Below are positions 13,495-24,193 of a stretch of 64,000 bases of DNA, in pieces (within the stretch, counting starts at the first letter, position 1; every line of letters starts with the position of its first letter). The DNA lies in contig NW_003314348.1 in the NCBI RefSeq assembly GCF_000143415.4, positions 186,001-250,000 on the forward strand, written 5' to 3'. The notes under the pieces are model-generated. The model was not told where the DNA came from. It worked only from the letters and a program-made list of their open reading frames with translations, and searched no databases. Source of the stretch: Selaginella moellendorffii (taxonomy: Eukaryota > Plantae > Lycopodiophyta). Made by a program: the position numbers and the translations under genes.

Positions 13495-13625
13495 TTTTTT
13501 CTGGGCGAGAAAGCAGAGCTTCGATGTTATATAGTTCCGCACGACAACTCGTGATGATACTCGAGCCCGAGACCTACTTCATTGTTCTAGGGCTCGCTGT
13601 GAATGGCGCTGTGAATGCCGCTGCC

Positions 13626-14778
13626 ATGGCGTCCCCAGCGATGATCGAGTCGGCATTCTTGTCTCGGAGCTGCGCAATCCTGCTCGCGCGCAGGATCGGC
13701 GTGGGGAAGCGATCTAGGGTTGCAAATCTGCGGAGGAAGTCCGCGAGCTTCGTTTCCGCCCGATGCTGTGCCAGTGCGAGTGCTGGCCCGGATGTGTCGC
13801 CTTCTCCTGCTACAACAAGCAGATCCAAGGTTTGCGCGAACAATCAATCGCTCGTGGTTTTCCTGATTCTAGGATTTGTTCCTTCTTTCTTTCACTGTAG
13901 AACACACTGGGCCCAAAATTTAGTTTTTGCCCAGTTTGTGGAGGTCCTGCCGATCAAAGAGTTCCAGACGGGGAGCACGAGCCTAGAAGCGTTTGCACCT
14001 TGTGTGGATTTGTACACTATCAGAATCCAAAGATGGTGAGAGCTGGAAAACAAGTCTTTCATTCATTCCAGAGACGAAAGCATCACTTTCTTTTACCAGG
14101 TTGTAGGATGCGTTGTAGAACACGATCGGAAGATTCTTCTCTGCCGGAGAAGCATTGAGCCGTGCTACGGTCTCTGGTAAGATCAAAGCTCCATTTCCTT
14201 TTGTCGATTGAAGAAGGTGATTTTCTGCCTCAGGACTTTACCAGCGGGATACATGGAACTTGGAGAATCGGCTGCCGAGGGTGCGGTGCGCGAAACGCAG
14301 GAAGAAGCTCACGCGCAGGTGGAGCCAGTTTCGCTGTTTGCTCATCTCGACATTCCGCTCATTGGCCAGGTTCTCGTTCTCTCCTCGTTCCTTGGGTTTT
14401 CGTTTATCTCTGGTGTTTCTCATTCTTAAGATGCGTGTGCAGTGCAGAGCTATGTAATTTTTCGTGCCAAGTTCGCGCACGGCGTGCAGTACTCACCGGG
14501 CCCCGAGTCCTTGGAATGCGCTCTCATCGAAATGGATGAGATTCCGTTTGATAAGATTGCCTTCTCAACCATAAGCGTGGCTCTCAAGCTGGTAAGCTCT
14601 CGGAAAGTTTCCGTTCTCGCTTTCTTGGTTATTTGGTTTACGTATCCCTTGGCATCAGTACATCCAGGATTACAAAGCAGGACGGTTTAGAGTTCACTCA
14701 GGGGTGATCGATAAGAGGCCCGGTGCCAGTCCATCCGATCCTCAAGGCTTCGTTCTCCGAGACTACCTTTCATCGTAA
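13626..14778 (+). CDS. NUDT23: Nudix hydrolase 23-like (plastid FAD pyrophosphatase)
   Basis: Transit peptide, FCPVCG...[14 protein letters not shown] zinc ribbon, and Nudix box [21 protein letters not shown]. Confidence 0.9.
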
Positions 14779-15097
14779 ACTCCCGGAGAGTTTTGTTTCA
14801 AAAACAGCAGGAAAAATTACCAAGGCCATTTGATCTCTTTGTTTTGTTTATTCTCTTGGATTATCACTCGTTATTCCACTCTTCCTAGGAAGAACAAAAG
14901 TTCTTGGGGTTATTTGGTTTTTATATGATAGATTTAAATATTTCTTCCTTTTGCCTTATTTGTTTAAATTTTGCAAAACCCGAAAACCTTTTGGGTTAAA
15001 CTCTGCCGCGTGGCATTTTGGACGGTGTAGATTAAGGGCCATGTCCATCTTCCCTTTAAATTGGCATTAAATCCTTTGACTCAAATCAGGGTAAAGG

Positions 15098-16018
15098 ATG
15101 ATGGTGAGCACTTTTGTGGAGATGCACGGCGGTATGCCCGTCATCAAGGAGCTGATAGTTGACAATGACGAGCTTATGGAGGCTTTGGCCGAAGCTGGCG
15201 AGGCAAGCAGGAAAAGAGAGCGCAAGGAGGAAGACAAAGATGGGCAACCCCTCAAGAAGGTAAGGAGAGATGACGTCCGAGAGGAACCCTGCAAGGATCA
15301 AGGGCAAACGATGGCGAGTACTTTTGTGGAGATGCACGGCGGTATGCCCGTCATCAAGGAGCTGCTAGTTGACAACGACGAGCTCATGGAGGCTTTGGCC
15401 GAAGCTGGCAAGGGAAGTAAGAAAAGGCAGCGCGAGGAGGACTGCAAAGATGGCCAACCCCTCAAAATGGTAAAGAGAGATGATGCCCGAGAGGAACCCT
15501 GCAAGGATCAAGGCAAGTCGAGGGGTCCCATAATCGTGAGGATCAAGCTGCACAAGAAGGGAGATGCAGTCGTCAAAGAACCCTGCAATGATCACTGCAA
15601 AGATCAAGTCGCGAGGATCGAGCTCCACAAAGAAAACAAGGAAAGCAGTAGCGCTGTTGCAGAGGAGACATTGAAACCCAACGAGGGCAAGAAGAGGAGT
15701 GAGACAGAGCTGCCAATCGCTAGGAGCGCGACAAAGACAGTGGGAAGGGCGATCAAGCCTTGCAACACGGCAAGAAAGGCGTCACAGCAGCGGAGGAGTC
15801 ATAAGGAGCTTGAGACTAGCGCTAGCATGAAAATCGAGTGTGCGCCAGTGAAGAAGGTGCTCAGTGCTAGGTGCTTGAACGTGCCATTGGGTGATGCTGC
15901 GAAGAGACGAGATGCCCCCGTTCACTATCTCGATTTTGGTGCTGGCAACGGCTGCGCTGCTCGTTCCACAGCTCCAAAGATCAAGTGGAACCCCATGCGC
16001 TCCTCCACTCGCGCATGA
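15098..16018 (+). CDS. Intronless orphan protein with a tandem 70-aa repeat
   Basis: 306-aa ORF; two 210-bp copies starting at 15101 and 15311; K/R-rich NLS-like clusters. Confidence 0.6.
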   Translation: MMVSTFVEMHGGMPVIKELIVDNDELMEALAEAGEASRKRERKEEDKDGQPLKKVRRDDVREEPCKDQGQTMASTFVEMHGGMPVIKELLVDNDELMEALAEAGKGSKKRQREEDCKDGQPLKMVKRDDAREEPCKDQGKSRGPIIVRIKLHKKGDAVVKEPCNDHCKDQVARIELHKENKESSSAVAEETLKPNEGKKRSETELPIARSATKTVGRAIKPCNTARKASQQRRSHKELETSASMKIECAPVKKVLSARCLNVPLGDAAKRRDAPVHYLDFGAGNGCAARSTAPKIKWNPMRSSTRA

Positions 16019-16570
16019 TTTGCAACAACTTCGTTAATGTTAGAAAACAAGATTAAGATAGGAACTGAAGTTTTTTTAGTAGAACAAATTTGTCTTGATT
16101 AATTTGTGCAAATCAAAGAATATAGTGTTTTTTTTCTCCCATGATAATATTACCCGGACGCTGCAAAGAACACCGACGACATAAAGCTAGCCTCTTCAAA
16201 CAAAGACCGAGTGTGTTAGTGCCGCAGGCTGGCTGAAGAAAAACTTCCAAAACAAAAGCTAAAACCATCACTCCTTCTCTATGTATACTCTTTCTCAACC
16301 CAGCCATTCTCCCTCTTTTATCATCCCAGTCCCGGAGTACCAAGCCACACAATGAAAGGAAAAAAAATAATAAATAAATATAGCGTCCCCCCCTCAGTAC
16401 CAATGAAAAACAAAAAAAGAAAAAAGAAAAACGAGGAAAACCAAAAGACAAAAGAAGAAAAGAAAAGAGTAAAAAGCTTTGCTCTCTTACGTTACCTCCA
16501 TGGAACGCTGGATGGAACGCTGCTAGAAGTGTCACTGTGATCCTCTTTTCTAAGCCGCCGGAGGAAAGAG

Positions 16571-18367
16571 CTAGCTACTGTGATCAGCCGTGGAAGGATA
16601 TGGCCTAAAGCGAGCGTCTGGATTCCCTCCTCTCTGGGATTGTCTACTGCTCGCTCCATAGTTCGCACCATAGCCTCCTCCATTCCCTGTCCCATCACCT
16701 GTTGCTCCACTGTTTCCCATCCCTCCGCCATAATTCGATCCAACACCGCTACCACCGCCGCCACCACCGCCACCACTTCCACCACCACCGCCGCCACTCC
16801 CGCCACCGCCGCTATATCCATCTACACTCCCAGCTCTCCAGGTGTTGTCCGGATAACCAGAGTACGCATCTGCATAACTCGAGCCATAGCTACCTGCATT
16901 ACCACCACCGCCACCACCGTATCCTCCGCTGTTATTCCCATATCCTCGCCCACCATAGCCAGCGGCAGCACTGCCATACCCCGCGTCGCTACTATAACCA
17001 TAGCCGCTCCCGCTATACCCCGGACTCGTCGCAGCATTCCCCTGTCCGCCACCTCCAGAGCCACCCCATCCAGCGTTCCCATATCCGCTCATATTACTCC
17101 CACTGCCTCCATATCCACCGGAACCAGCAGCTCCACCATATCCCGGAGCACCGCCACCACCCCAAGCGTTCCGTCCACCTCCATACCCGGGGCTGCCACC
17201 TCCGGCTCCGCCATACCCCGGACCGCCACCTCCGTATCCCCCGCCACCTCCGCTAGCGTAGCCACCGTATCCTCCCCCAGCAGCAGCAGCAGCAGCAGCA
17301 GCACTGGCACCATATCCTCCACCGTAGCCATATCCAGCAGCGCTTGCGCCGTAGCCTGTTCCTACAGCTCCATACCCGCCAGCGCCACCGTAACCAGCAG
17401 CTCCATAGCCAGCAGCACCGCCGTAGGAAGGATAGCCACCCCGGATCCCTGGAGTCGGACTGTACCGGCTGGCAGCGGCGTAGGCACCGGCAGCTCCACC
17501 ACCTGGACTGCTCGGGTAGCCGGGGCCGTAGGCGCTGTATCCTCCGGGCCTGGGAACTCCCGAGTAGCCGGCTCCTCCGGGACTCCTGGCCGGCCCGGCC
17601 GAGAGCTCCTTGGGCACCGCCCGCTTCACCTCCACCATCTTCTCCTTGAGCTCGTGGAAGGTCTTGTGCAGGACGTTGTCCACGGCTTCCTCGGTGTCGA
17701 AGGTGATGAATCCAAAGCCGCGGGGGCGCTGCGTCGCGTGGTCGTACATGACGACGACATCTGTAATAGTACCAAACTGCTCAAAATACTTTCGGAAGTC
17801 ATCCTCAGTTACATTAGAGCCTAAACCACCCACAAAAATCTTTTTGGTTTTAGACGAGGCATGGCCGCCCGGCCCAGCCACGGCACTCCCGTTGGCCTTT
17901 ACTACACTGTGCTGCTCATCCCTGGGCACGGCCTTTTTCGCTTCCACCTATGTAGAGTTAAAAAAGAAAACAAGCTAGCACTAGTTATAAACCAGCTAAA
18001 GACCACACACACTCTCACTCTCTTCAAACACATCACACACACAAGCAAGCCAAGCAAAGAGAGGAAAAAGTATGGAACAAAACACTCTATAGCGCTACTA
18101 TCACGTAGAGAAATCTAGCGAGCTATGGAGGGAGGGGGGACGTACCACTCTTCCATCGATCGTGTGCTTGTCCAGCAGCACCCGGTCGGCGCAATTGGGA
18201 TCCGAGAACACCACGAATCCAAACCCGCGGGCGCGCCCAGTGGTCCGGTCCCTCATAATCACCGTCTCCACGACCTCGCCATAGGCCTGGAAGTAATCCT
18301 TGAGCTTCTCCTCGGTCGTCTCCCACGAGATCCCGCCAATGAAAAGCTTCCCCTGATCTGTTTCCAT
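16571..18367 (-). CDS. hnRNP A/B (Musashi-like) protein with 2 RRMs and a Gly/Tyr-rich tail
   Basis: KLFIGGISW...RGFGFV and KIFVGGL...RGFGFI; C-terminal RFRPY; one intron at about 17949-18144. Confidence 0.93.
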
Positions 18368-18808
18368 GGTCTACAGCAATGCGCGCCCCCGGATCTGAAT
18401 GCCTGGCCGCCGCGCTTAGATCCGCGGCTGGAGCTCCATCCCCGCGCCCCCGGCGCTGCAATGCGCTGCTAGATCTGGCCTGGAACCGGGAATGCGCCAA
18501 TTCAGATCCCTGGCAAAGCCGGCGCCTCGGCTGGAAGGCGCCTGCTCTGCGATTATCCCAATCGTCGCCGCCAAAGAGAGAGGGGAAGAAGAAAAGAGAG
18601 ATTCTCCGAGAGAGTGTGAGTGTGAGTGTGTGTCGTGGTGAAACCCTACAGATCTCCTCGCTCTGGATTAGGGTTAGGTCAACCGGTACGGCACGCGATG
18701 ACAAGTTAACGGCTAGGATTGCACTCCCGCGATTCCCACGTGGTCGTACCAAGTGTCGGGATAAAAGAAAGGTGGCCGTACGTAGTGTCTGGATAAAAAA
18801 GTTAATGA

Positions 18809-18881
18809 TGGAGATGAGGGGCATCGATCCCCTTACCTATCGCATGCGAAGCGATCGCTCTACCATCTGAGCTACATCCCC
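18809..18881 (-). tRNA. tRNA-Ala(CGC)
   Basis: GGGGATGTAGCTCAGATGGTAGAGCGATCGCTTCGCATGCGAT...CATCTCCA; G3:U70 pair; T6 terminator downstream. Confidence 0.97.
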
Positions 18882-19037
18882 AATCGTTGGACGCTAACCA
18901 TGTGCTCGCCTAAAACATGAGACTATAACCTAATTTATTATTCTAAGAATATTCGATGTTTAAATTTCCTAGAGCCTCTCAAAACTCTTTTGCCAGAGAG
19001 TTTATTTCATGGACACACTCGCAGCACTGGGAAATCT

Positions 19038-20634
19038 CTACCCGAAAACGCGGACCAAGTTCTCCACAAACTGGTAGCTCCGCTCCTCCTCTCCACCTCG
19101 CCTGGGCTGGCGCTCGCGCCGGGGGAAGATGTAAGCCTCCTCGGCGCGACGATCCTCGAGCTTCTGCTGGAGCTGCTCGTCGATCTGGAGCGCGCTGGAC
19201 ATGACGCTGCGCGGGACTCCCTTGTACACCGAGTTCCTGCCCGCGAGATACGATTCTATCGGCCTGGGAAGAACCAAGACATGATCAAACAAAAAATCCA
19301 AAGCAAACGATCCAGGAACTTACAAGTGGGTCTTGTAGATCACCGCGAAATCGAGACCTTCATTTCCGGCCAGCTTTGCGGAGGGATAGTTCGCCGGGAC
19401 AACGAGAAGAGAGCCCTCGTCCATGTCCGCCTCCACGGCCTGCTCGCCATTCTCGCGCACAACTTCAATCCTCCCGCGTCCCTCGTTGACGTAGATAACT
19501 TTGTGTGCGTTGTGTGCCCACGCTGGAGCGGTCAGAGCACCCTGGAAGCCAAGAATCCATCAAAAAAATCACTTTTTTCCCGATCGATCTTACCGATTTG
19601 AGCTGGTAGCATGCAGCCGAGAGTCCGAGCTCCTTGAGAATCGGCATCTTCATGCTGTTAAGCTGGCGCAACTCTCCACCGCGCGGAACGTAGACATCGG
19701 GCTGCGAATCACCCAGGCGGTAGACGAAGTCCATGTAGATTCCGCTGTTGGTCACCGACGGCAGGCTCCTTCGCTGCTGCTCGTCCACTTTGATGATCTG
19801 TGAGCCCTTCTGGCCCTCGCGAAGTCGCTGCACGATCGACTCGTCCACGCCCCACGCCTGAGCCAGGATCTCCTTGCTGAAACCGTGGAGCAGGGAGTTT
19901 CCGGTGGACTCGTCCTGTGATTCTCGGCGCCGGCGTGGAGATCTCTCAGACTCTTGCTCGTCACTTCCCGCGAGATGGAAGACCTGCGCAAACAAAGCTG
20001 ATTGTTTCAGATGAGAACGAATGGGAGAGTGATCTTTGCGGACCTTGAATCGTCCACACTCGCAGCTAGTGGTGGTGTCAGCGACGTCGAGGAATCGAGC
20101 GCGCTGGTTTCCATCGTTGAAGAGCCACGCCGCGAATCCTCGCGGGATCGCCATGGTATCTCCTTTCTTGAGCTCAAACACGCTCTTCTCAGTCACCTTA
20201 TCTGTGAAGGGACTCACGATTCCAGCCCGGAGCCTCCCTGGAGCAACAACATCAACGCAAACACCGTGAGAAACAATCCAAGATCGAGAATGTGGGTGGC
20301 GAGCGATCATACCTTCCATGACCGTGAGAAGGACATGCGAGTCCTTGTAGCCCGGAAGAACAAGACCATTCGGCTCCACGGTGACGCGCTTCACTCCAAA
20401 CTCGGCGTCGCACAGCGCGCGGTAGTCACCGGCGTCATACTCCTCGATCCTGCCACCCTCGGAGCGGAAGATCTCGCGGGGCTTGCGCGGCTTCAAGTCC
20501 CGGAACGCCTGGCGCTGCTGGCGCCGATCGCTCGACTCTCGATCGTGGTGCTGGCGATCACCCTCGCGACGAGCGTGAACATCCAGAGCCAGCACCGCGA
20601 GAGCCAGCGCGAGAACAAAGAGCTTCTTTCCCAT
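19038..20634 (-). CDS. Legumin/11S globulin-like bicupin storage protein
   Basis: Signal peptide MGKKLFVLALALAVLALDVHA; RSEGGRIEEYD, VEPNGLVLPGY, AIPRGFAAWLFNDG, PNAHKVIYV and YLAGRNSV motifs. Confidence 0.85.
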
Positions 20635-20698
20635 CTCTAGCAGCTCGAAAAGAGGAAAAAGCGATGGTGGATGGAAGAAACCATAGCCGGGGACGAAG

Positions 20699-20729
20699 CT
20701 TATATACTCGCTGGCCAAGCTTGTGCATG
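20699..20729 (-). promoter_or_regulatory. TATA box plus RY element (CATGCA) upstream of the globulin gene
   Basis: TATATAAG at about 20699-20706; GCCATGCA on the minus strand with the core at 20724-20729. Confidence 0.45.
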
Positions 20730-20932
20730 GCATCCATTTGGCGTCGCGTATCCTGCCACTATACTTGCCATTTGGGGGCACCTTCCAAATCATCTCCAGT
20801 GTGGAGCTGGAACTTCACCATAGCTCAAAGCACCCGTTTAGAAGATCAAATGGAAACGAGTGTGATACCTTTGATTCTTTACGTGTACAAACAAAGCTCG
20901 CGGCCTCTTCGCTCTCTCGCTCCGCGCTTGCG

Positions 20933-22798
20933 TTACGAGATAGCATGGCCGAATCCGAGCTCCACCGCGTGAGTGGCATCCAAACCACACCCCATGCCTT
21001 CGTACCACTTATCATTCTCTGCGCAGTAGCTGCTCAAGCCTCCATCTTCGCTGGGCTGCCGGAGGAGCGTCTCGCAGTTCTTGCAGTAGCCCGTCTCGAG
21101 CAGGACGTCCGCCTTGCAGCAGCACCTCGTGCAAGAGAGCGTCGGGGCTTTCTCCGCGGCCTTCTTTGCTGGCCGTCGTCTCGAAGATGGCTTCGCCATT
21201 GCGTCGTCCTTGGTGTCGGCCTCCCTGCTCATCTCGTCCTCCCGGGACCAGTGCTCCACCAGGCTCATGTCGTCGGCCAGGCTTTGCTGCTGAGCACCAA
21301 CACCCGCCGCAACGATCGCTCCCGCCGCCTTGTCGATGCTTCGGAGCCTCAGCACCGCCGACGATACGTCCTGGCAAACGCTGTTGAGAACGTCCACGCT
21401 CGTGTTCCCCAGCCTTTGTTCCAGGCTCCCAAGTTCCATCTGGAGCTCCTGTATCTGCCGGAGTAGAACCTGGCGCGCTTCATCCTCTTCCTTCTCAGCC
21501 GCAAGCTCCTCGGAGATGCTGTTCGGGTCGACAAACCGGTGAATTACCCTCGCGCTGCCTTCGTGCGGACCCGGCTCATGGCCGGAGTGAACCGCATAGA
21601 GCTTGAACGTTGCGACGCCTTCTTCCTGGTACGCAAACGTTTTCTCCTTCTCGTCGTAGTTCGTGATGGGAACTATCGCCCGGATCCGGAAGCTGCATCC
21701 ACACCGCTTGGACATGTACCGCTTCCTCTTGAGCACACCGGGCTTCCTCCCAGTCGGCTCTCCACCCCTGTGGCAGCAGTAGTCTTTCACCTCGGCTAGA
21801 AACGGCTTGTATCTGATATACTTCTGCCGGATGCACAACACCACCTTGTACTTGGCCGCGAGATGCTGCAACCGCTGAGGGACGTCTCGAGCCACCACCT
21901 CGAACGACTCCGTGTACTCGAATCTCTTCCTCCTGGATTGCTGGAGAGCGGCACTAGCAGCAGCAGCGGCAGTATCAGTAGTAGCAGCAGTAGAAGTTCC
22001 GCCACCACCATTACCACCATCACCACCAACACCAGTAGGAGCATGACTAGCGACGCTACCACTGCCAGCACCAGCAGCATCACCGCTTCCTCCAATGCTC
22101 TTGATGCTCTTCCCACCGCCGAGGGACGAGCGCTCGCTAGAGCTCCCACAAACCGGGCACGTCGAGATACATACCTTGACATACGACTCTGGAACTCCAT
22201 AAACCTTGGCACCGACAGTCCACACGTCTCGCATCCTCTCCAGCGTCTCCTTGCAGCCGAGGTGCTTGAGATCCGGGCGAATGTGGAACTGCTGGACGAT
22301 CCCACCCCATTGCTCGATGAATGGCACGAACTGATAAGGATTGCTCTTGAAGAACAGCACCTCGTTGCCGAGATCGTCAACTTGGGCCTGGAGCTTGTCC
22401 TGGATCCTCCTCCAGCCCGTGAGATAGGCCGTGTCTTCGTGACGATCCTTCCACACGCCGCGCCAGGAAGCTAGAACCGGCGGCGTCGCCACGCCCCGGA
22501 TCTCGTCCGGCGATGGATGCCGCCCGGCCATGAGGCAGCGCACCATGAGCCTGTGAGACGCGCGATTGAATGTGTAGAACTGGCTCGACATGTGAGGCTC
22601 TGGATCCACGGGCATCATCATCACGGAGGAAGCTCGCGACGAGGATGGATTGGCGGCGGCGGATTGAGGATTGGAGAGATTTGGCGGCGGGACGATGGCG
22701 ATTGCCGAGCTGCTGGCCGCGGCTATGCATTCCGCCCCGGCGTAGAGCTCTTCCTGGTCGGGATCGGTCATGGCCGCGTCCTCGCTCAGCACAGACAT
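20933..22798 (-). CDS. Intronless protein with integrase-type H2C2 and FAR1/WRKY-GCM1-like zinc fingers
   Basis: 621-aa ORF; FHIRPDLKHLGCKET...CPVC and YCCHRGG...SKRCGC...HSGH; C-terminal coiled coil. Confidence 0.75.
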   Translation of the reverse strand: MSVLSEDAAMTDPDQEELYAGAECIAAASSSAIAIVPPPNLSNPQSAAANPSSSRASSVMMMPVDPEPHMSSQFYTFNRASHRLMVRCLMAGRHPSPDEIRGVATPPVLASWRGVWKDRHEDTAYLTGWRRIQDKLQAQVDDLGNEVLFFKSNPYQFVPFIEQWGGIVQQFHIRPDLKHLGCKETLERMRDVWTVGAKVYGVPESYVKVCISTCPVCGSSSERSSLGGGKSIKSIGGSGDAAGAGSGSVASHAPTGVGGDGGNGGGGTSTAATTDTAAAAASAALQQSRRKRFEYTESFEVVARDVPQRLQHLAAKYKVVLCIRQKYIRYKPFLAEVKDYCCHRGGEPTGRKPGVLKRKRYMSKRCGCSFRIRAIVPITNYDEKEKTFAYQEEGVATFKLYAVHSGHEPGPHEGSARVIHRFVDPNSISEELAAEKEEDEARQVLLRQIQELQMELGSLEQRLGNTSVDVLNSVCQDVSSAVLRLRSIDKAAGAIVAAGVGAQQQSLADDMSLVEHWSREDEMSREADTKDDAMAKPSSRRRPAKKAAEKAPTLSCTRCCCKADVLLETGYCKNCETLLRQPSEDGGLSSYCAENDKWYEGMGCGLDATHAVELGFGHAIS

Positions 22799-22972
22799 AT
22801 TTTCGCTGCTTGGCGAGATCGCTAGAACCTGACAATCATCTGGATTGGTGTCGCGTCCCGTCGGGCCGCCGGATCGAGCGGAAGAGATCCCTCCTCCATC
22901 GCCATAGCCGGCTACCTCTGCCCTACTCTCTATATACCCTAATCATTGTTTCGCCAAGAACCCTATTCTCGG

Positions 22973-23470
22973 ATGGGAGGAGGACACCATCACGCCGCCC
23001 AGGTCCCCGCGAGCTTGGGCAGGGATCTACGCGCTTGTCTTCGATGCCGCCTTGTCAAAACCTACGATCAGGTGAGCTCACGCCGTGGTTCTTAGAGCGA
23101 TCGATTGATTTTCATTCCCGATTCTTCGCAGTTTAACAAGAATGGCTGCGAGAATTGTAAGTTCTTTCACATGGAACAGGAACACGATCGAATTCTAGAG
23201 TGCACTACTGTGAATTTTTCCGGGTAAGATCAAGCTCTCTCTCTCTCTCTCTCCAACTTAACTCCTCTCTCGCGATTGACAACTCGTGAACTCCATCGAT
23301 CACCCATCTCTCTCTCTTGACAACTTATGGATTGTGGATTGACAACTCGTGAACTCTATCGATCACCCATCTCTCTCTCTCTCTCGATTGACAACTCGTG
23401 AACTCTATCAATTACCCATCTCTCTCTCTCTCTCTCTCGATTGACAACTCGTGAACTCTATTGGTCACCC

Positions 23471-23509
<39 letters not shown>

Positions 23510-23871
23510 AACACTAACATTTTTTGGTAGGCTTATATCCTCGATGGATCCAACTGGGAGCTGGGCAGCTCGATGGTTGAGAATAAGTGAGTGGATTTTT
23601 TTTTTTGTTCTTCCTGTTTTAACTCGAAGTGCTTGACTCGAGCAGGCAAATTCGTTCCTGGCTGCTACGCCCTGGCTGTCTCGGGCGTTCTCAACGAAGA
23701 TATGCAGGTCAGTCTCACTTGTTCGTCTTTCATTTCTCGGTGATTTCGAGATCTCTTTGTTTCTGGCATGATTCTTGTAAAACTTTTGTTCGTCCATGCG
23801 CTAAGCTACTTCTGGTCATTGCCGTGCAGAACATCTGCGAAGACAATAACATCAAGTACGTTCCTCGGTGA
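22973..23871 (+). CDS. SPT4: Transcription elongation factor SPT4 (five small exons, largely missed by the ORF track)
   Basis: LRACLRCRLVKTYDQ / FNKNGCENC...CTTVNFSG / LISSMDPTGSWAARWLRI / KFVPGCYALAVSG / NICEDNNIKYVPR*. Confidence 0.95.
23274..23506 (+). repeat. Minisatellite: four 34-bp units separated by (CT)n tracts, in SPT4 intron 2
   Basis: GATTGACAACTCGTGAACTCTATCGATCACCCAT variants at 23274, 23337, 23386 and 23439. Confidence 0.9.
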
Positions 23872-24193
23872 GCAGCCGATGATCGCAAGCACAGGAAAAA
23901 AAAAAATTAGAAGATCACAGATTCAGAGGAGAAAACAGTGAGAAAAATGTGAATTTTGTCTTTCTCCGCTACTTATTACGCTACTTGATAATGAGATAAG
24001 TAGCCTCGCCTTTTACAAGAAAGGACGTAGAATCGACACGAGTTTTGGCCGAGGCACTAGGTAGAGCAGCCATAGCTCGCTGGTGTTTGTTGACCGGATC
24101 AATCGCTTGGCTCTCCAGTGCATGACTTGGGCTCTTAGATTTGGCGAGGAGGGAGCGACCCAAGTCGCCAAAATCGCGGCTTAGGCACGGCTT

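Noticed and set aside
16580-17824. 414-aa Ser/Thr-rich + strand ORF
   Set aside because: Antisense of the Gly/Tyr-rich tail of the hnRNP-like gene.
18790-18881. tRNA-Ala / hnRNP dicistronic transcript
   Set aside because: A T6 Pol III terminator follows the tRNA directly.
19465-20793. 442-aa ORF as a single-exon globulin
   Set aside because: It reads through in-frame introns and starts upstream of the signal-peptide ATG at 20634.
23274-23506. CRISPR-like repeat-spacer appearance
   Set aside because: The spacers are only CT microsatellite, it lies in a eukaryotic intron, and there are no cas genes.
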